NCBI GenBank assembly: GCA_963767345.1
Contig: CAVYDO010000004.1
Location: forward strand, 30,939-94,938
Source: an uncultured Actinomycetota bacterium
GTDB taxonomy: Bacteria; Actinomycetota; Actinomycetes; Propionibacteriales; Nocardioidaceae
DNA length: 64,000 nt
Reading direction: 5' to 3'
Of the stretch, positions 35,737-45,376 are shown in pieces (within the stretch, counting starts at the first letter, position 1; each line of letters begins with the position of its first letter). A program made the translations under genes and the position numbers. The notes beneath the pieces were generated by a model. That model did not search any database and was not told the origin of the DNA. It saw nothing but the letters and a program-made list of their open reading frames with translations.

Positions 35737-37398
35737 TCATCCCCTCTCCTGGGCGGTCGCGCCGTCCGGGTCCGGGGCATCCGCTCCGGGTGCCGGCCAG
35801 GTCACGACCATTCGGCAGACCTTCGTCGCGCGCGGGTGATCGGACACGGCGTACCGCTCGACCGACTCGACGACCGCGCCGGCCGCCTCGAGCTCGCGCT
35901 GGACCTCGCGCGGCCGGCGGCGTTTCACGCGCACGGCCCGGGCGTAGCCGTCGGGGCCGCGCTTGGCCATGAACTCGAGGTACAGCCGTCCTCCCCCACC
36001 CTCGGCGGCGGCCCCCCGCAGCATCAGCCCGCAAGCCCGCCACAGGTTGGCCCGGGCCGGAGCGCCGATGGTGTCGACGAGGTGCCGGGCGAGGAGGATG
36101 CGCGGCTCGGGCAGCCGCGCCCCGAGCGCGCTGCCGGCCAGGACGCTGCGGATCTCCAGCAGGTTGAACGCCTGGAAGCGGACGTCGCGGGCCTCGCCGT
36201 CCTCGCCCAGCCGGGTCGCCATCTCCTGGTAGGAGCGGGTCTGGAAGTCGAGCCCGAGCCCGGAGGCGCCGTCGCGGGTGAGCAGCTCGAGGTCGGCCCC
36301 ACGGCCGCAGCCGAGGTCGACGAAGGCTCGCGCATCCGGCTCGATGCGGCGTACGTCGTGGGCGAGCCGCGACGCCTCGGGCACCGGCTCGCGCAGGGCG
36401 CGGGAGTAGAAGCGGTCCCAGCCGGCCCGCCCGGTCCGGGTGCCGCGGAAGATGCCGGTGAACATCCGCTGGGTCGACTCCGGCGTCGTGTACTTGAACG
36501 CCGGGTCGGGTGTGCGCCAGTGGGGTCCGTAGGTGGCGACGAGGAACGCGTCGGTGTTGCGAGGCACCGGGAAGGTGCGCCCCTCGAGGGTCGCCTCGCC
36601 GAGCGGGTGGATCCAGTCCTCGCGGTAGGGCGTGCGGATCTCGCCCAGAAGGTGCAGCTGCCCGTCGCGCAGGTAGCCGCCGAAGACGTCGAGGCCGCGA
36701 TGGACGCCGTCGCCCTCGGGCACGTAGATCTTGAAGGCGCCGCCGGAGTAGCGGGTGATGCGGTAGCCCACCTGTTGCAGGCTGCGCTGGAGGGCGAAGG
36801 ACTCGCGGATCACGTCGACGGGGTGGTCGTGGCGGCTGACGTAGCCCAGGTCGGCGTCGCTGTCGTGGCCGATCAGCCTGCCGTCGCGGATCGCGCCGAG
36901 CGCGGTGCCGTAGGCGAGGAAGGCCTCGACGCCGGCGGACCTCAGGGCGCCGAGCGCCTCCTCGATGGCGTCGAGCAGCGGCCCCCGCAGGCCCGCGTCA
37001 CGGGTCTCGAAGGTGCCGACCAGTCGCTGGAGGTAGTCGAGGCTGAGCGGGACGCCGTCGGGGTTGACGATCTCGATCCGGTCAGGACGGTCGGTGAAGG
37101 CGACCTCGGCCCGGAAGACCTCGTCGTCGCTCGTCCGGTCGATGACGGTGATCTCGCTGTGGCCGTCGAGGAACTTGGCCAGGTTGCCCGGCCAGGCGGC
37201 CAGCCGGCCACCGGCCACCCGATGGCCGTCGCGGACCGACCAGAAGGACCAGATCCGGCGCCCGTCGAACAGCACGTCGTAGAGCGCGTCGGAGCGACCC
37301 CCCACGCGGACGCCCTCGGCGTCGACGGTCACCCGGGGCGTACGGCGCGCCAGCAGCGCGCGCGGGGCCAGCCGCGCCGGGGTCGGGGGGACGCTCAC
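35737..37398 (-). CDS. LicD-like nucleotidyltransferase fused to a class I SAM-dependent methyltransferase
   Basis: GTG at 37398 (GTGA overlap); AYGTALGAIRDGRLIGHDSDADLGY and FVDLGCGRGAD. Confidence 0.72.
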   Translation of the reverse strand: MSVPPTPARLAPRALLARRTPRVTVDAEGVRVGGRSDALYDVLFDGRRIWSFWSVRDGHRVAGGRLAAWPGNLAKFLDGHSEITVIDRTSDDEVFRAEVAFTDRPDRIEIVNPDGVPLSLDYLQRLVGTFETRDAGLRGPLLDAIEEALGALRSAGVEAFLAYGTALGAIRDGRLIGHDSDADLGYVSRHDHPVDVIRESFALQRSLQQVGYRITRYSGGAFKIYVPEGDGVHRGLDVFGGYLRDGQLHLLGEIRTPYREDWIHPLGEATLEGRTFPVPRNTDAFLVATYGPHWRTPDPAFKYTTPESTQRMFTGIFRGTRTGRAGWDRFYSRALREPVPEASRLAHDVRRIEPDARAFVDLGCGRGADLELLTRDGASGLGLDFQTRSYQEMATRLGEDGEARDVRFQAFNLLEIRSVLAGSALGARLPEPRILLARHLVDTIGAPARANLWRACGLMLRGAAAEGGGGRLYLEFMAKRGPDGYARAVRVKRRRPREVQRELEAAGAVVESVERYAVSDHPRATKVCRMVVTWPAPGADAPDPDGATAQERG

Positions 37399-38591
37399 CT
37401 GCCGCCACCATCCTCGGTCGGCGTACCCGGGCCGGGTCCCTCGGTCGGCGTACCCGGGCCGGGCCCCTCGGTCGGAGGCTCCTCGCCAACCACCGTCGCA
37501 TCGGCGAAGACCAGGTCGTGGTCGGAGACCCGGCCCTCGGTGCCGGTGCCCGACTGGGTGTAGTTGGCCCAGGTGATGAGGGAGGCGGTGCCGTAGATCC
37601 AGTCCACGTGCATCGCCGGCGGCGGGGAGCAGGGGCCCGAGCCCACCGATCCGCCGTTGGCCGCGCCCATGTCGGTGCGCTGCACCATCGGGCAGAAGCT
37701 CTGCTCCCGCTCGTTCATGTCGCCGGTGATGATCACCGGGAGCCCGGTCTCGGCGCGGAGCCGGTTGATGAGGTCGATCTCGATCTCGCGGGCCGTCAGC
37801 CGCCAGCGGTCGTTGTTGCCCAGGCGGCCGGTGCTCGCGGGGTTGTGCACGTTGATGAAGTACACCTCCCGGCCGGTGTCCTTCCGGCGGAGCCGGACGA
37901 CGGGCATGTCGATGTAGTTGCCACCGGCGTACGTCACGCCGACGGTGCTGGTATCGACGGCGGTCCACTCGTCGGTGCGCCAGGCGATCGAGAAGCGGAC
38001 CGACCTGGGCCCGAGGCTGGTGCCGGGGAAGAGGGCGTAGCGGCCGCCCGTCATCGCGCTGAACCGGTTGGCCTGGGAGGTCTCGAACTCCTGGAAGCCG
38101 ACCACGTCGATGTCATGGTCGTCGAGGGCGGCCACGGTCCACCCCATCCGGGTGCCGCTGGACGCCCAGCCGGGCTTGTTGCCGCCGGCATCGGTGTGCG
38201 ATGCCCCCAGCACGTTGAAGGTGGCCACCCGGAAGGTGCTCGGCAGGGCCGCCCGCTCCGCCGCGACCGCCAGCCTGCGGCGTCGTACGTCTGCCTGCCG
38301 GGCCTCGATCTTCCCGATCTCGACGGCGACCCGCTGCTTGCGGCGCTTGTGGGCGTCCCGCTCGGCCGGCGGGTCGGGAGCCACCTCGACGTCGATCTCC
38401 TCGCCGGCCATCGACACCTCGGTCGGCTCAGGGCGAGGGCGGGGACGACGGTCGTCCTCGACGCGCTCCGCGGCGTAGAGCACCGCGGACGCCAGCACCA
38501 CCAGCGGCACCACCAGGACGACGGCGCGGCGCAGCCACCTGGCGGCAGGGCGGGATCGGGCGTGCGACTGCTGGCCGCGGCTGCTGGACAT
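37395..38591 (-). CDS. Membrane-anchored endonuclease/exonuclease/phosphatase (EEP) family protein
   Basis: N-terminal TM; VATFNVLG, DVVGFQE, TGDMN, VDWIY, SDHDLV. Confidence 0.85.
   Translation of the reverse strand: MSSSRGQQSHARSRPAARWLRRAVVLVVPLVVLASAVLYAAERVEDDRRPRPRPEPTEVSMAGEEIDVEVAPDPPAERDAHKRRKQRVAVEIGKIEARQADVRRRRLAVAAERAALPSTFRVATFNVLGASHTDAGGNKPGWASSGTRMGWTVAALDDHDIDVVGFQEFETSQANRFSAMTGGRYALFPGTSLGPRSVRFSIAWRTDEWTAVDTSTVGVTYAGGNYIDMPVVRLRRKDTGREVYFINVHNPASTGRLGNNDRWRLTAREIEIDLINRLRAETGLPVIITGDMNEREQSFCPMVQRTDMGAANGGSVGSGPCSPPPAMHVDWIYGTASLITWANYTQSGTGTEGRVSDHDLVFADATVVGEEPPTEGPGPGTPTEGPGPGTPTEDGGGR
37412..37475 (-). repeat. 27-bp coding repeat x2.4 (TEGPGPGTP)
   Basis: CCTCGGTCGGCGTACCCGGGCCGGG(T/C)C in the EEP C-terminal tail. 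Confidence 0.85.
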
Positions 38592-38771
38592 CCTGCCCTT
38601 CTCGTTGGGTCCGACTTCGTCGGAGACGGCGGTCGGCGGCAGCGGGTGCGCTCGGGGCACCCGGTCGGGCCGCTCCGCGAGTGTAGCCGTCGCGCTAGGT
38701 CGCATCCCGCCCTCGCCCGCGCGGTCGGCGCAGCACCCTGCGGGCCGCTCCGGCCGGTAGCGTGTGCGCCC

Positions 38772-40022
38772 GTGAGCATCGCCCCGTCGCGCGTCTACGT
38801 GGCCCGCCTCGTCGGCCTGCCGGTCTTCGACCCGCAGGGCGACCAGGTGGGCAAGGTGCGCGACCTCGTGGTGACGCTGCGCTCCGACAACCGGATGCCC
38901 CGAGTCGTCGGCCTGGTCGCCGAGGTCTTCGGACGGCGCCGCATCTTCGTGCCGATGACGCGGGTGACGAATATCGACGTCCGGCAGGTCTACACCACCG
39001 GCCTGATCAACACGCGCCGCTTCGAGCAGCGACCGACCGAGACCCTGATCGTCGGACAGCTCTTCGACCGCACGGTGACGATCCGCTCCAGCGGGGTTTC
39101 CGGCACGGTGTTCGACGTCGCGATGGAGCAGGCGCGCAACCGCGACTGGGTTCTCAGCCGGGTTGCCATCGCCGAGCCGGGAAAGGGACTGCGCCGACGC
39201 GGCCAGCAGCACGTCGCGGAGTGGGACGAGGTCGACGGGCTCACCCACGCCGAGCCCGCGCAGGGTGCCACCCACCTGATCGCGGCCCTCAACGACATGC
39301 GCCCGGCCGACGCCGCGAACGTCATCCACGACCTGCCGGCCGAGCGCCGGTCCCAGGTCGTCGCGGCCATGGACGACGAACGGCTCGCCGACGTCCTCGA
39401 GGAGCTGCCCGACGAGGACCAGGTCACCATCCTGGAGGCGCTCGAGCACGAGCGCGCGGCCGACGTCCTGGCCGAGATGTCAGCCGACGACGCAGCCGAC
39501 CTCATCGCCGACCTGCCACCCGACACGGCGGCCGCGCTCCTGGAGCTGATGGAGCCCGACGAGCGCGAGGACGTCCGGCGGCTCATGCAGTACGGCGAGG
39601 AGACGGCCGGCGGCATGATGACGCCGGAGCCGGTGGTCCTGCCACACGACGCGACCGTCGCGGAGGCCCTGGCCCACGTCCGCCGCGAGGAGCTGCCGAC
39701 CTCGCTCGCCGCGCAGGTCTACGTCTGCCGCCCTCCGCTCGAGACGCCGACGGGCAGACTGCTCGGGCTCGCGCACATCCAGCGGCTGCTGCGTGAGCCA
39801 CCGTCGACCCAGGTGGCCGGCATCCTCGACCGGGAGACGACGTACATCAAGGCCGAGGCCTCACTCGCCGACGTCGCCGTGCACCTGGCCTTCTACAACC
39901 TGACCGCCGCACCCGTCGTCGACGACGAGGGACGGCTCCTCGGGGTGGTCACGGTCGACGACCTGCTCGACCACCTGCTCCCGGACGGCTGGCGCGACCG
40001 CAAGAGCGGCGGCGAGTTCTGA
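38772..40022 (+). CDS. MgtE N-terminal/CBS domain protein
   Basis: PRC-like N-terminus; repeated ADVLEEL; TAGGMMTPEP; LLGVVTVDDLLD. Confidence 0.85.
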   Translation: MSIAPSRVYVARLVGLPVFDPQGDQVGKVRDLVVTLRSDNRMPRVVGLVAEVFGRRRIFVPMTRVTNIDVRQVYTTGLINTRRFEQRPTETLIVGQLFDRTVTIRSSGVSGTVFDVAMEQARNRDWVLSRVAIAEPGKGLRRRGQQHVAEWDEVDGLTHAEPAQGATHLIAALNDMRPADAANVIHDLPAERRSQVVAAMDDERLADVLEELPDEDQVTILEALEHERAADVLAEMSADDAADLIADLPPDTAAALLELMEPDEREDVRRLMQYGEETAGGMMTPEPVVLPHDATVAEALAHVRREELPTSLAAQVYVCRPPLETPTGRLLGLAHIQRLLREPPSTQVAGILDRETTYIKAEASLADVAVHLAFYNLTAAPVVDDEGRLLGVVTVDDLLDHLLPDGWRDRKSGGEF

Positions 40023-40053
40023 TGCCGGGCGCCGGCAGCGGGAGGGCGGGCTG

Positions 40054-40608
40054 ATGGCCGAGCGTCTCGACACCCCGAAGCAGAAGCGACGCCCGCTGAT
40101 CAACCGCGCGTCGTACGACGCGGACGCGGTCGGCATCTTCGCCGAGCAGTTCGCCCGGTTCATGGGGACCGCGCAGTTCCTGTTCTACATGACGGTCTTC
40201 GTGCTCGTCTGGGTCGGCTGGAACGTGCTCGCGCCGCAGGACCTGCGCTGGGACGACTACCCCTTCATCTTCCTCACCCTGATGCTGAGCCTGCAGGCGT
40301 CGTACGCCGCTCCGCTGATCCTGCTCGCGCAGAACCGGCAGGAGGCCCGCGACCGCGTGCTCGCGGAGCAGGACCGGCGGGCCGACGCCCGCGCCCACGC
40401 CGACATGGAGTTCCTGGCCCGCGAGGTGGCGTCGCTGCGGATGGCGGTGGGCGAGGTGGCGACACGCGACTTCCTCCGCTCGGAGCTGAAGTCCCTCCTC
40501 CAGGAGATCGAGGAGCGTCAGCCCGCTCCCTCCGAGTCCTCCGCGGACGGCGCGCGTCCCAGCGAGGACGGTCCCGACCGCAGCGGCCGACCCACGAACT
40601 ACAGTTGA
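40054..40608 (+). CDS. DUF1003 membrane protein
   Basis: YPFIFLTLMLSLQASYAAPLILLAQNRQ. Confidence 0.9.
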   Translation: MAERLDTPKQKRRPLINRASYDADAVGIFAEQFARFMGTAQFLFYMTVFVLVWVGWNVLAPQDLRWDDYPFIFLTLMLSLQASYAAPLILLAQNRQEARDRVLAEQDRRADARAHADMEFLAREVASLRMAVGEVATRDFLRSELKSLLQEIEERQPAPSESSADGARPSEDGPDRSGRPTNYS

Positions 40609-40612
40609 CTCG

Positions 40613-41809
40613 GTGAGCACCTCCACGTCCGACACCGGCAGCGACCAGCCACTCGAGCGGGCCTTCCCCGAGATCTGGGCGGCGCTGGCGACCGTCAACG
40701 ACCCGGAGATCAAGCGACCGATCACCGAGCTCGGCATGGTCGACCACATCGCCACCGACGACGGTGTGGCCAGTGTTCGTGTGCTGCTCACGGTGGCCGG
40801 GTGCCCGCTCAAGGACACCATCACCCGTGAGGTCAAGGGCGCCGTGGGCCGAGTCGTCGGCATCCGCGAGGTCGCTCTCGAGCTCGGCGTGATGACCCCC
40901 GAGCAGCGCTCGGGCCTCCAGCAGAGCCTGCGGGGCGGGCAGGCCCAGCGCGAGATCCCGTTCGCCCAGCCCGGCTCGCTGACCAAGGTCTTCGCGATCG
41001 CCAGCGGCAAGGGCGGCGTCGGCAAGTCGTCGGTGACGGTCAACCTCGCCCAGGCGATGGCCGCACTGGGTCTGAAGGTCGGGGTCATCGACGCCGACAT
41101 CTACGGCCACTCGGTGCCGGCGATGTTCGGCGTGGCCGACGCCAGGCCCACCCAGGTCGAGGACATGATCATGCCGGTCCCGACCTCGAGCGGCGTCAGC
41201 GTGATCTCGATCGGCATGCTCAAGTCGCGGCGCGACCAGGTCATCGCCTGGCGCGGACCGATGCTCGACCGCGCGCTCGTCCAGATGCTCGCCGACGTCT
41301 ACTGGGGCGACCTCGACGTCCTGCTCCTCGACCTGCCGCCGGGCACCGGCGATATCGCCATCTCGCTCGGTCAGCATCTCCCCGGAGCCGAGGTCGTCGT
41401 GGTCACGACCCCGCAGGACGCCGCCGCGGAGGTCGCGGAGCGGGCCGGCACGATGGCCTCGATGATGCACCAGCGGGTGATCGGTGTCATCGAGAACATG
41501 TCCTACCTCGCCTGTCCCCACTGCACGGCCGAGGGCAAGGTGCACCACCTCGACATCTTCGGCAGCGGCGGCGGCGCACAGGTCGCCCAGACCCTGTCTC
41601 AGCGCTTCGGGTACGACGTGCCGCTGCTCGGCCGGGTGCCGCTCGAGCCGTCCCTCCGCGAGGGGGGCGACGTCGGCAAGCCGATCGTCGAGGCCGACCC
41701 CGGGGCTCCGGCGGCGAGCGTCCTCACCGAGATCGCCGGAGGGCTGGCCGGCCGCGGCCGCGGTCTCGCCGGCATGCAGCTCGGACTCACGCCCTCGGGC
41801 CGACTCTGA
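40613..41809 (+). CDS. mrp: Mrp/NBP35-family Fe-S carrier ATPase
   Basis: N-terminal GCPL; SGKGGVGKS, WRGPM, DLPPGTGD, CPHC. Confidence 0.92.
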   Translation: MSTSTSDTGSDQPLERAFPEIWAALATVNDPEIKRPITELGMVDHIATDDGVASVRVLLTVAGCPLKDTITREVKGAVGRVVGIREVALELGVMTPEQRSGLQQSLRGGQAQREIPFAQPGSLTKVFAIASGKGGVGKSSVTVNLAQAMAALGLKVGVIDADIYGHSVPAMFGVADARPTQVEDMIMPVPTSSGVSVISIGMLKSRRDQVIAWRGPMLDRALVQMLADVYWGDLDVLLLDLPPGTGDIAISLGQHLPGAEVVVVTTPQDAAAEVAERAGTMASMMHQRVIGVIENMSYLACPHCTAEGKVHHLDIFGSGGGAQVAQTLSQRFGYDVPLLGRVPLEPSLREGGDVGKPIVEADPGAPAASVLTEIAGGLAGRGRGLAGMQLGLTPSGRL

Positions 41810-41826
41810 TCACCTAGGCTGCACCC

Positions 41827-42171
41827 GTGTTCGGGATAGGCCTGGGCGAGCTGGCCGTGATCGCCGTGCTGGCCGCACTCGTCTTCGGTCCCGACAAGGT
41901 GCCGGAGCTCGCCCGTCAGGCCGGCCGGCTGCTCCGTCAGGTCAGGCGGATGGCCAACGACGCGCGCGACGAGCTGCGCACCGAGCTCGGCCCGGAGTAC
42001 GCGAACCTGGAGCTGCGCGACCTCGACCCGCGCACCATCGTCCGCAAGCACATCGCCGAGGCGATGGCCGACGAGGAGGACGACGACGACAACGAGATCC
42101 GTCCCGCCAAGCCGGCCTCCCGCCAGCTCGAGGACGGCGAGCGCCCGCCGTACGACTCCGACGCGACCTAG
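41827..42171 (+). CDS. tatB: Sec-independent translocase TatB-like
   Basis: MFGIGLGEL...VFGPDKVPE plus amphipathic helix. Confidence 0.85.
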   Translation: MFGIGLGELAVIAVLAALVFGPDKVPELARQAGRLLRQVRRMANDARDELRTELGPEYANLELRDLDPRTIVRKHIAEAMADEEDDDDNEIRPAKPASRQLEDGERPPYDSDAT

Positions 42172-42219
42172 CGCCGAGAACCATCCACGGGTCGGCTGAG
42201 AAGTAGCCACGGGTCGGGG

Positions 42220-42759
42220 TCAGGGGTCGGGGCGGCTCTGAACGGCGGCGATGGCCGCGAAGCCGAGCAGCACGACGGTGTCGAGCCCCTCGACCGCCTC
42301 GACGAAGTCCGCGCCCACCCGACGGAGTCGTACGTCGTGACGCGCGCCGTCGCGCAGATGTGCGACGCAGGGCTGGTCGGCCTCCGCGATCCGGCGCAGC
42401 GCGGCGGCGAACCCGAGCCGGGTGAGGGGTGACCAGGCGACCTCGGGGACCGAACGCTCGGAGACGCCGGCGAGCGCCGACACGGCGTCGAGCCGGATGA
42501 CCCAGTCCTGGCCGTTGCCGTGGAGCAGGAGCCAGTCGGCCGCGACCCGCCGGATCTCCCCGGCCACCGCTCCGACGCCCAGGACGTGCGCCCGGACGGA
42601 TCGGTCGACGGAGGCCATCACCCGGCTGGCCAGCGTGACACCGGCGTACTCGGCGCGGCTCCGGTCGGCGTGGTCCACGATCCGTTCCGCCTCGTAGAGC
42701 GCCTCCGCGCGGCCCTCGAGATCGTCGAAGAGCGCGAACAGGTCCTCTTCCCAGGCCAC
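42220..42759 (-). CDS. Conserved actinobacterial hypothetical protein
   Basis: AWEEDLFALFDDLEG...VGADFVE; GTG start at 42759 inferred. Confidence 0.65.
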   Translation of the reverse strand: MAWEEDLFALFDDLEGRAEALYEAERIVDHADRSRAEYAGVTLASRVMASVDRSVRAHVLGVGAVAGEIRRVAADWLLLHGNGQDWVIRLDAVSALAGVSERSVPEVAWSPLTRLGFAAALRRIAEADQPCVAHLRDGARHDVRLRRVGADFVEAVEGLDTVVLLGFAAIAAVQSRPDP

Positions 42760-42889
42760 CACCCCATCCTGTGGGATCTTTCGCGCCTCGGCAAGCGATT
42801 CCCGAATGAACCATTGACAAATCATCTCAAATCGCGTTCAGTATCGGAAACATAGGTAAACAGATACGTCAGAGACCATCGGGGACACC

Positions 42890-43579
42890 ATGGATGCATC
42901 TCATCGACCAGCACCGGTCGCCCGCTGCCTGGCCGTGTGGAGTGGCATCACCCTGGCGGCCGCGGCCGTGCTCTGGTTCCTATCCCCCGACCTGCTCGCC
43001 CTCACCGGCCCGGGCGGGGCGACCTCCGGCGGTCTCGACGACCTGCTCGCCCGGTGGGGCGCGCTGATCGGCGCCGCCTGCGTCGTGTGGCTCTGGGCGG
43101 TGGGCTCGGTGGCCGTCGCCGAGGGCCTGACCGGCCGGTTTCCCGCCAGGGTCGCCGGCTGCCCCCTCGCGCTCCGGCGCCTCGTCCTCGCCTCCTGCGG
43201 CGCGGTCGTCACGGCCGGCCTCATCGCCCCGGCGCACGCCGGGCAGATCGGCGTCGACGACCCGGGCGAACGCCCGCGGACGCACGTGCTCTCGGGCCTC
43301 CCGCTGCCGGAGCGGCCATCGGCCGCTCCGGATCGGCCGCCTGCGCGTCCGGCGGCCGCGCCGCGCCCGGTCGAGCGTGAGGTCGTCGTGCGAGCCGGCG
43401 ACACCCTCTGGTCGCTCGCCGAGGCCACCGTGCCCGCGGCCCGCCGTACACCGGCGACCATCGCCGCCCGGGTCCGGACCATCTACGCGGCCAATCGTGA
43501 CCTCATCGGCGCCGATCCCGACCTGATCCACCCGCACCAGCGTCTGCGGGTCCCGCCACAACCCTCGGAGGAACGATGA
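42890..43579 (+). CDS. LysM domain membrane protein
   Basis: TM segments, then VVVRAGDTLWSLA...IGADPDLIHPHQRL. Confidence 0.85.
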   Translation: MDASHRPAPVARCLAVWSGITLAAAAVLWFLSPDLLALTGPGGATSGGLDDLLARWGALIGAACVVWLWAVGSVAVAEGLTGRFPARVAGCPLALRRLVLASCGAVVTAGLIAPAHAGQIGVDDPGERPRTHVLSGLPLPERPSAAPDRPPARPAAAPRPVEREVVVRAGDTLWSLAEATVPAARRTPATIAARVRTIYAANRDLIGADPDLIHPHQRLRVPPQPSEER

Positions 43580-44124
43580 GCAAGACGCCGAAGCCGGCCG
43601 CCCAAACCAACGCCGCCCCCGGCCGCATCACCCGGCTGAGACGCAGGGAGCCGCTCCCGTCCGCGGCACCGATCGACTCCTTCCAAGGAGCACTCGCGCT
43701 CGACCTCGGACCACGCCTCGCACCGCCGGAGGCGCCTCCGGTCAGCTCGGCGCCCATCGCCGACGACGCGGAGCTCCGGGAGTGGGAGCTCCTCCACCGG
43801 TCGGGGTTCGAGAAGTGGTCGTGGCGCTACCTGCAGACCGCCGTCGAGATCGCGGGCGGCGGTCGCCCGGCCGCCCAGCTCCTGCGGTGGAGTCGTCCCG
43901 TCGTCTACAACGAGCTCGGGCGGCTCGCGCAGTCCGCGGCGCGTCGCCAGCGTCCCGAGGGCCACCCCTGCCCGCAGCTCGTCACCCTGCACAGCAGCTT
44001 CGTGAGCCGGATGACCTGCGAGGTCACCGCACGGGTGCGGTACGGCGACCGCTACCGTGCCCTCGCCGCCCGCTTCGAGCTCCTCGAAGGCCGCATGCAG
44101 TGCACCGCACTCGAGCTGGGTTGA
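43576..44124 (+). CDS. Rv3235-family protein
   Basis: GRPAAQLLRW, RALAARFE, CTALELG; normally lies next to secA. Confidence 0.8.
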   Translation: MSKTPKPAAQTNAAPGRITRLRRREPLPSAAPIDSFQGALALDLGPRLAPPEAPPVSSAPIADDAELREWELLHRSGFEKWSWRYLQTAVEIAGGGRPAAQLLRWSRPVVYNELGRLAQSAARRQRPEGHPCPQLVTLHSSFVSRMTCEVTARVRYGDRYRALAARFELLEGRMQCTALELG

Positions 44125-44161
44125 CCACGGGGCTAACCACGGGCTAACCACGCGGTCAACC
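44119..44161. repeat. Short tandem/inverted repeat at the convergent junction of Rv3235 and the MBL gene
   Basis: GGTTGACC...GGTCAACC termini enclosing repeated ACCACGGGCTA-like units. Confidence 0.6.
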
Positions 44162-45376
44162 AGGAAACCGGATCTCCAGGGAGGCCCCGCGAGCAACCGC
44201 GCGGGTGTCGTGGAGGGTGCACCGCGAGCCGTAGAGCGACAGGGTCCCGTCCGTGTCGGGCACGCTGTCCCAGTCGCCGTCATGGGTGGACACCAGTGCA
44301 TGCCGGTCCCGCCCGTCGGGGCTCTGGTCCGGCATGAGCCGGTCGAACAGCTCCTCGTAGGTGCCGTTGTGGCTGCCGTGGTGCGAGATCTTGACGAAGT
44401 GCACCGGCTCGAGCAGCCCCTGCTCGGTCATCTTCCGCCACGAGCCGAGCTCGGCGTCGCCGGCGAAGAGCAGCCGCCAGCCGCGCCACTCGAGCTCGAG
44501 GACCACGCTGGTGTTGTTGTTGGCCCGGTCGATCTCCAGGATCTGGCGGCGGGTGCCGTTGAGCCGCGACGCCTGCAGGTCGAAGAAGGCTCCCGGCTCG
44601 ACGCCCACCGGCGGAACGGACAGACCCGGCGCCGTCTCGCGGGTGTCGGCGTCGGCGGCCGCGGCCGCCGACGTGAGGACCGGCGCGCTCGCCTGCCTCC
44701 GGTAGTACGACGCCGTGTCCTCCTCCGGCGCCAGGATGCGCAGGGTTGCCTCGCGGAAGGGATGCCTCTCGTCCAGGCCGGTCGTGGTGCGGTCGACGTA
44801 GTGGGTCCGGTCGGCCGGGGCGATGCCGCGCAGATGGTCGACGTAGTCGCAGGTCCTCAGCCCCAGCGCGCCCGGCGGCAGCATCGTCGAGTTGTTGCGG
44901 ATCATCATCTCCAGCCACGGGTCGGGGGCGGCCCGGGCGAGCCGATGCGCGTCCTCCAGCGCCAGCTCGAGCGAGCGCTTCCGCTTCCTCGCCTCGGGGT
45001 GGTTCGCGTAGTAGTCGGGGTGGGCCGACCCGGTGAGCCACGCATGCCGAGCCGCGAGCTCGACACCTGCCCGCTTCGCGGCCAGCAGTCCCTGGACGTG
45101 ATCGAGGTGCTCGTGCGTCATCACATAGAGGTCGACGGTGCCGCCGGTGCGGTCGGCGATGTCTCGCACCACGTCGGCGAAGACCGTGTCCTCGTTGCCG
45201 TCACCGGCCAGCAGGTTCCCCACGTCGATGAGGAGGTGGCGGGTCACCTCGGCGATTGGTCTCGACTCCTCGCTCGTCCCTCGCGAGGGCTCGACCACCG
45301 GGCCGCGCTCCGGCACCGAGACCAGGATCGCGTCACCGAACCCGACGTTGTACGCGCGCACCACCAGGTCGCTCAT
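44156..45376 (-). CDS. MBL-fold metallo-hydrolase (ComEC/Rec2-like)
   Basis: NVGFGDAILV, THEHLDHVQG (HxHxDH), NNTSVV, FAGDAE, KISHHGSHNG; no signal peptide; ATGA overlap with the protease gene. Confidence 0.85.
   Translation of the reverse strand: MSDLVVRAYNVGFGDAILVSVPERGPVVEPSRGTSEESRPIAEVTRHLLIDVGNLLAGDGNEDTVFADVVRDIADRTGGTVDLYVMTHEHLDHVQGLLAAKRAGVELAARHAWLTGSAHPDYYANHPEARKRKRSLELALEDAHRLARAAPDPWLEMMIRNNSTMLPPGALGLRTCDYVDHLRGIAPADRTHYVDRTTTGLDERHPFREATLRILAPEEDTASYYRRQASAPVLTSAAAAADADTRETAPGLSVPPVGVEPGAFFDLQASRLNGTRRQILEIDRANNNTSVVLELEWRGWRLLFAGDAELGSWRKMTEQGLLEPVHFVKISHHGSHNGTYEELFDRLMPDQSPDGRDRHALVSTHDGDWDSVPDTDGTLSLYGSRCTLHDTRAVARGASLEIRFPG

Noticed and set aside
37412-37475. 27-bp repeat as a regulatory or mobile element
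   Set aside because: An in-frame Pro/Gly/Thr tail duplication in the EEP gene; most likely neutral slippage.
34423-37563. 1046-aa plus-strand ORF
   Set aside because: Antisense shadow of motif-bearing minus-strand genes; no recognisable domain.
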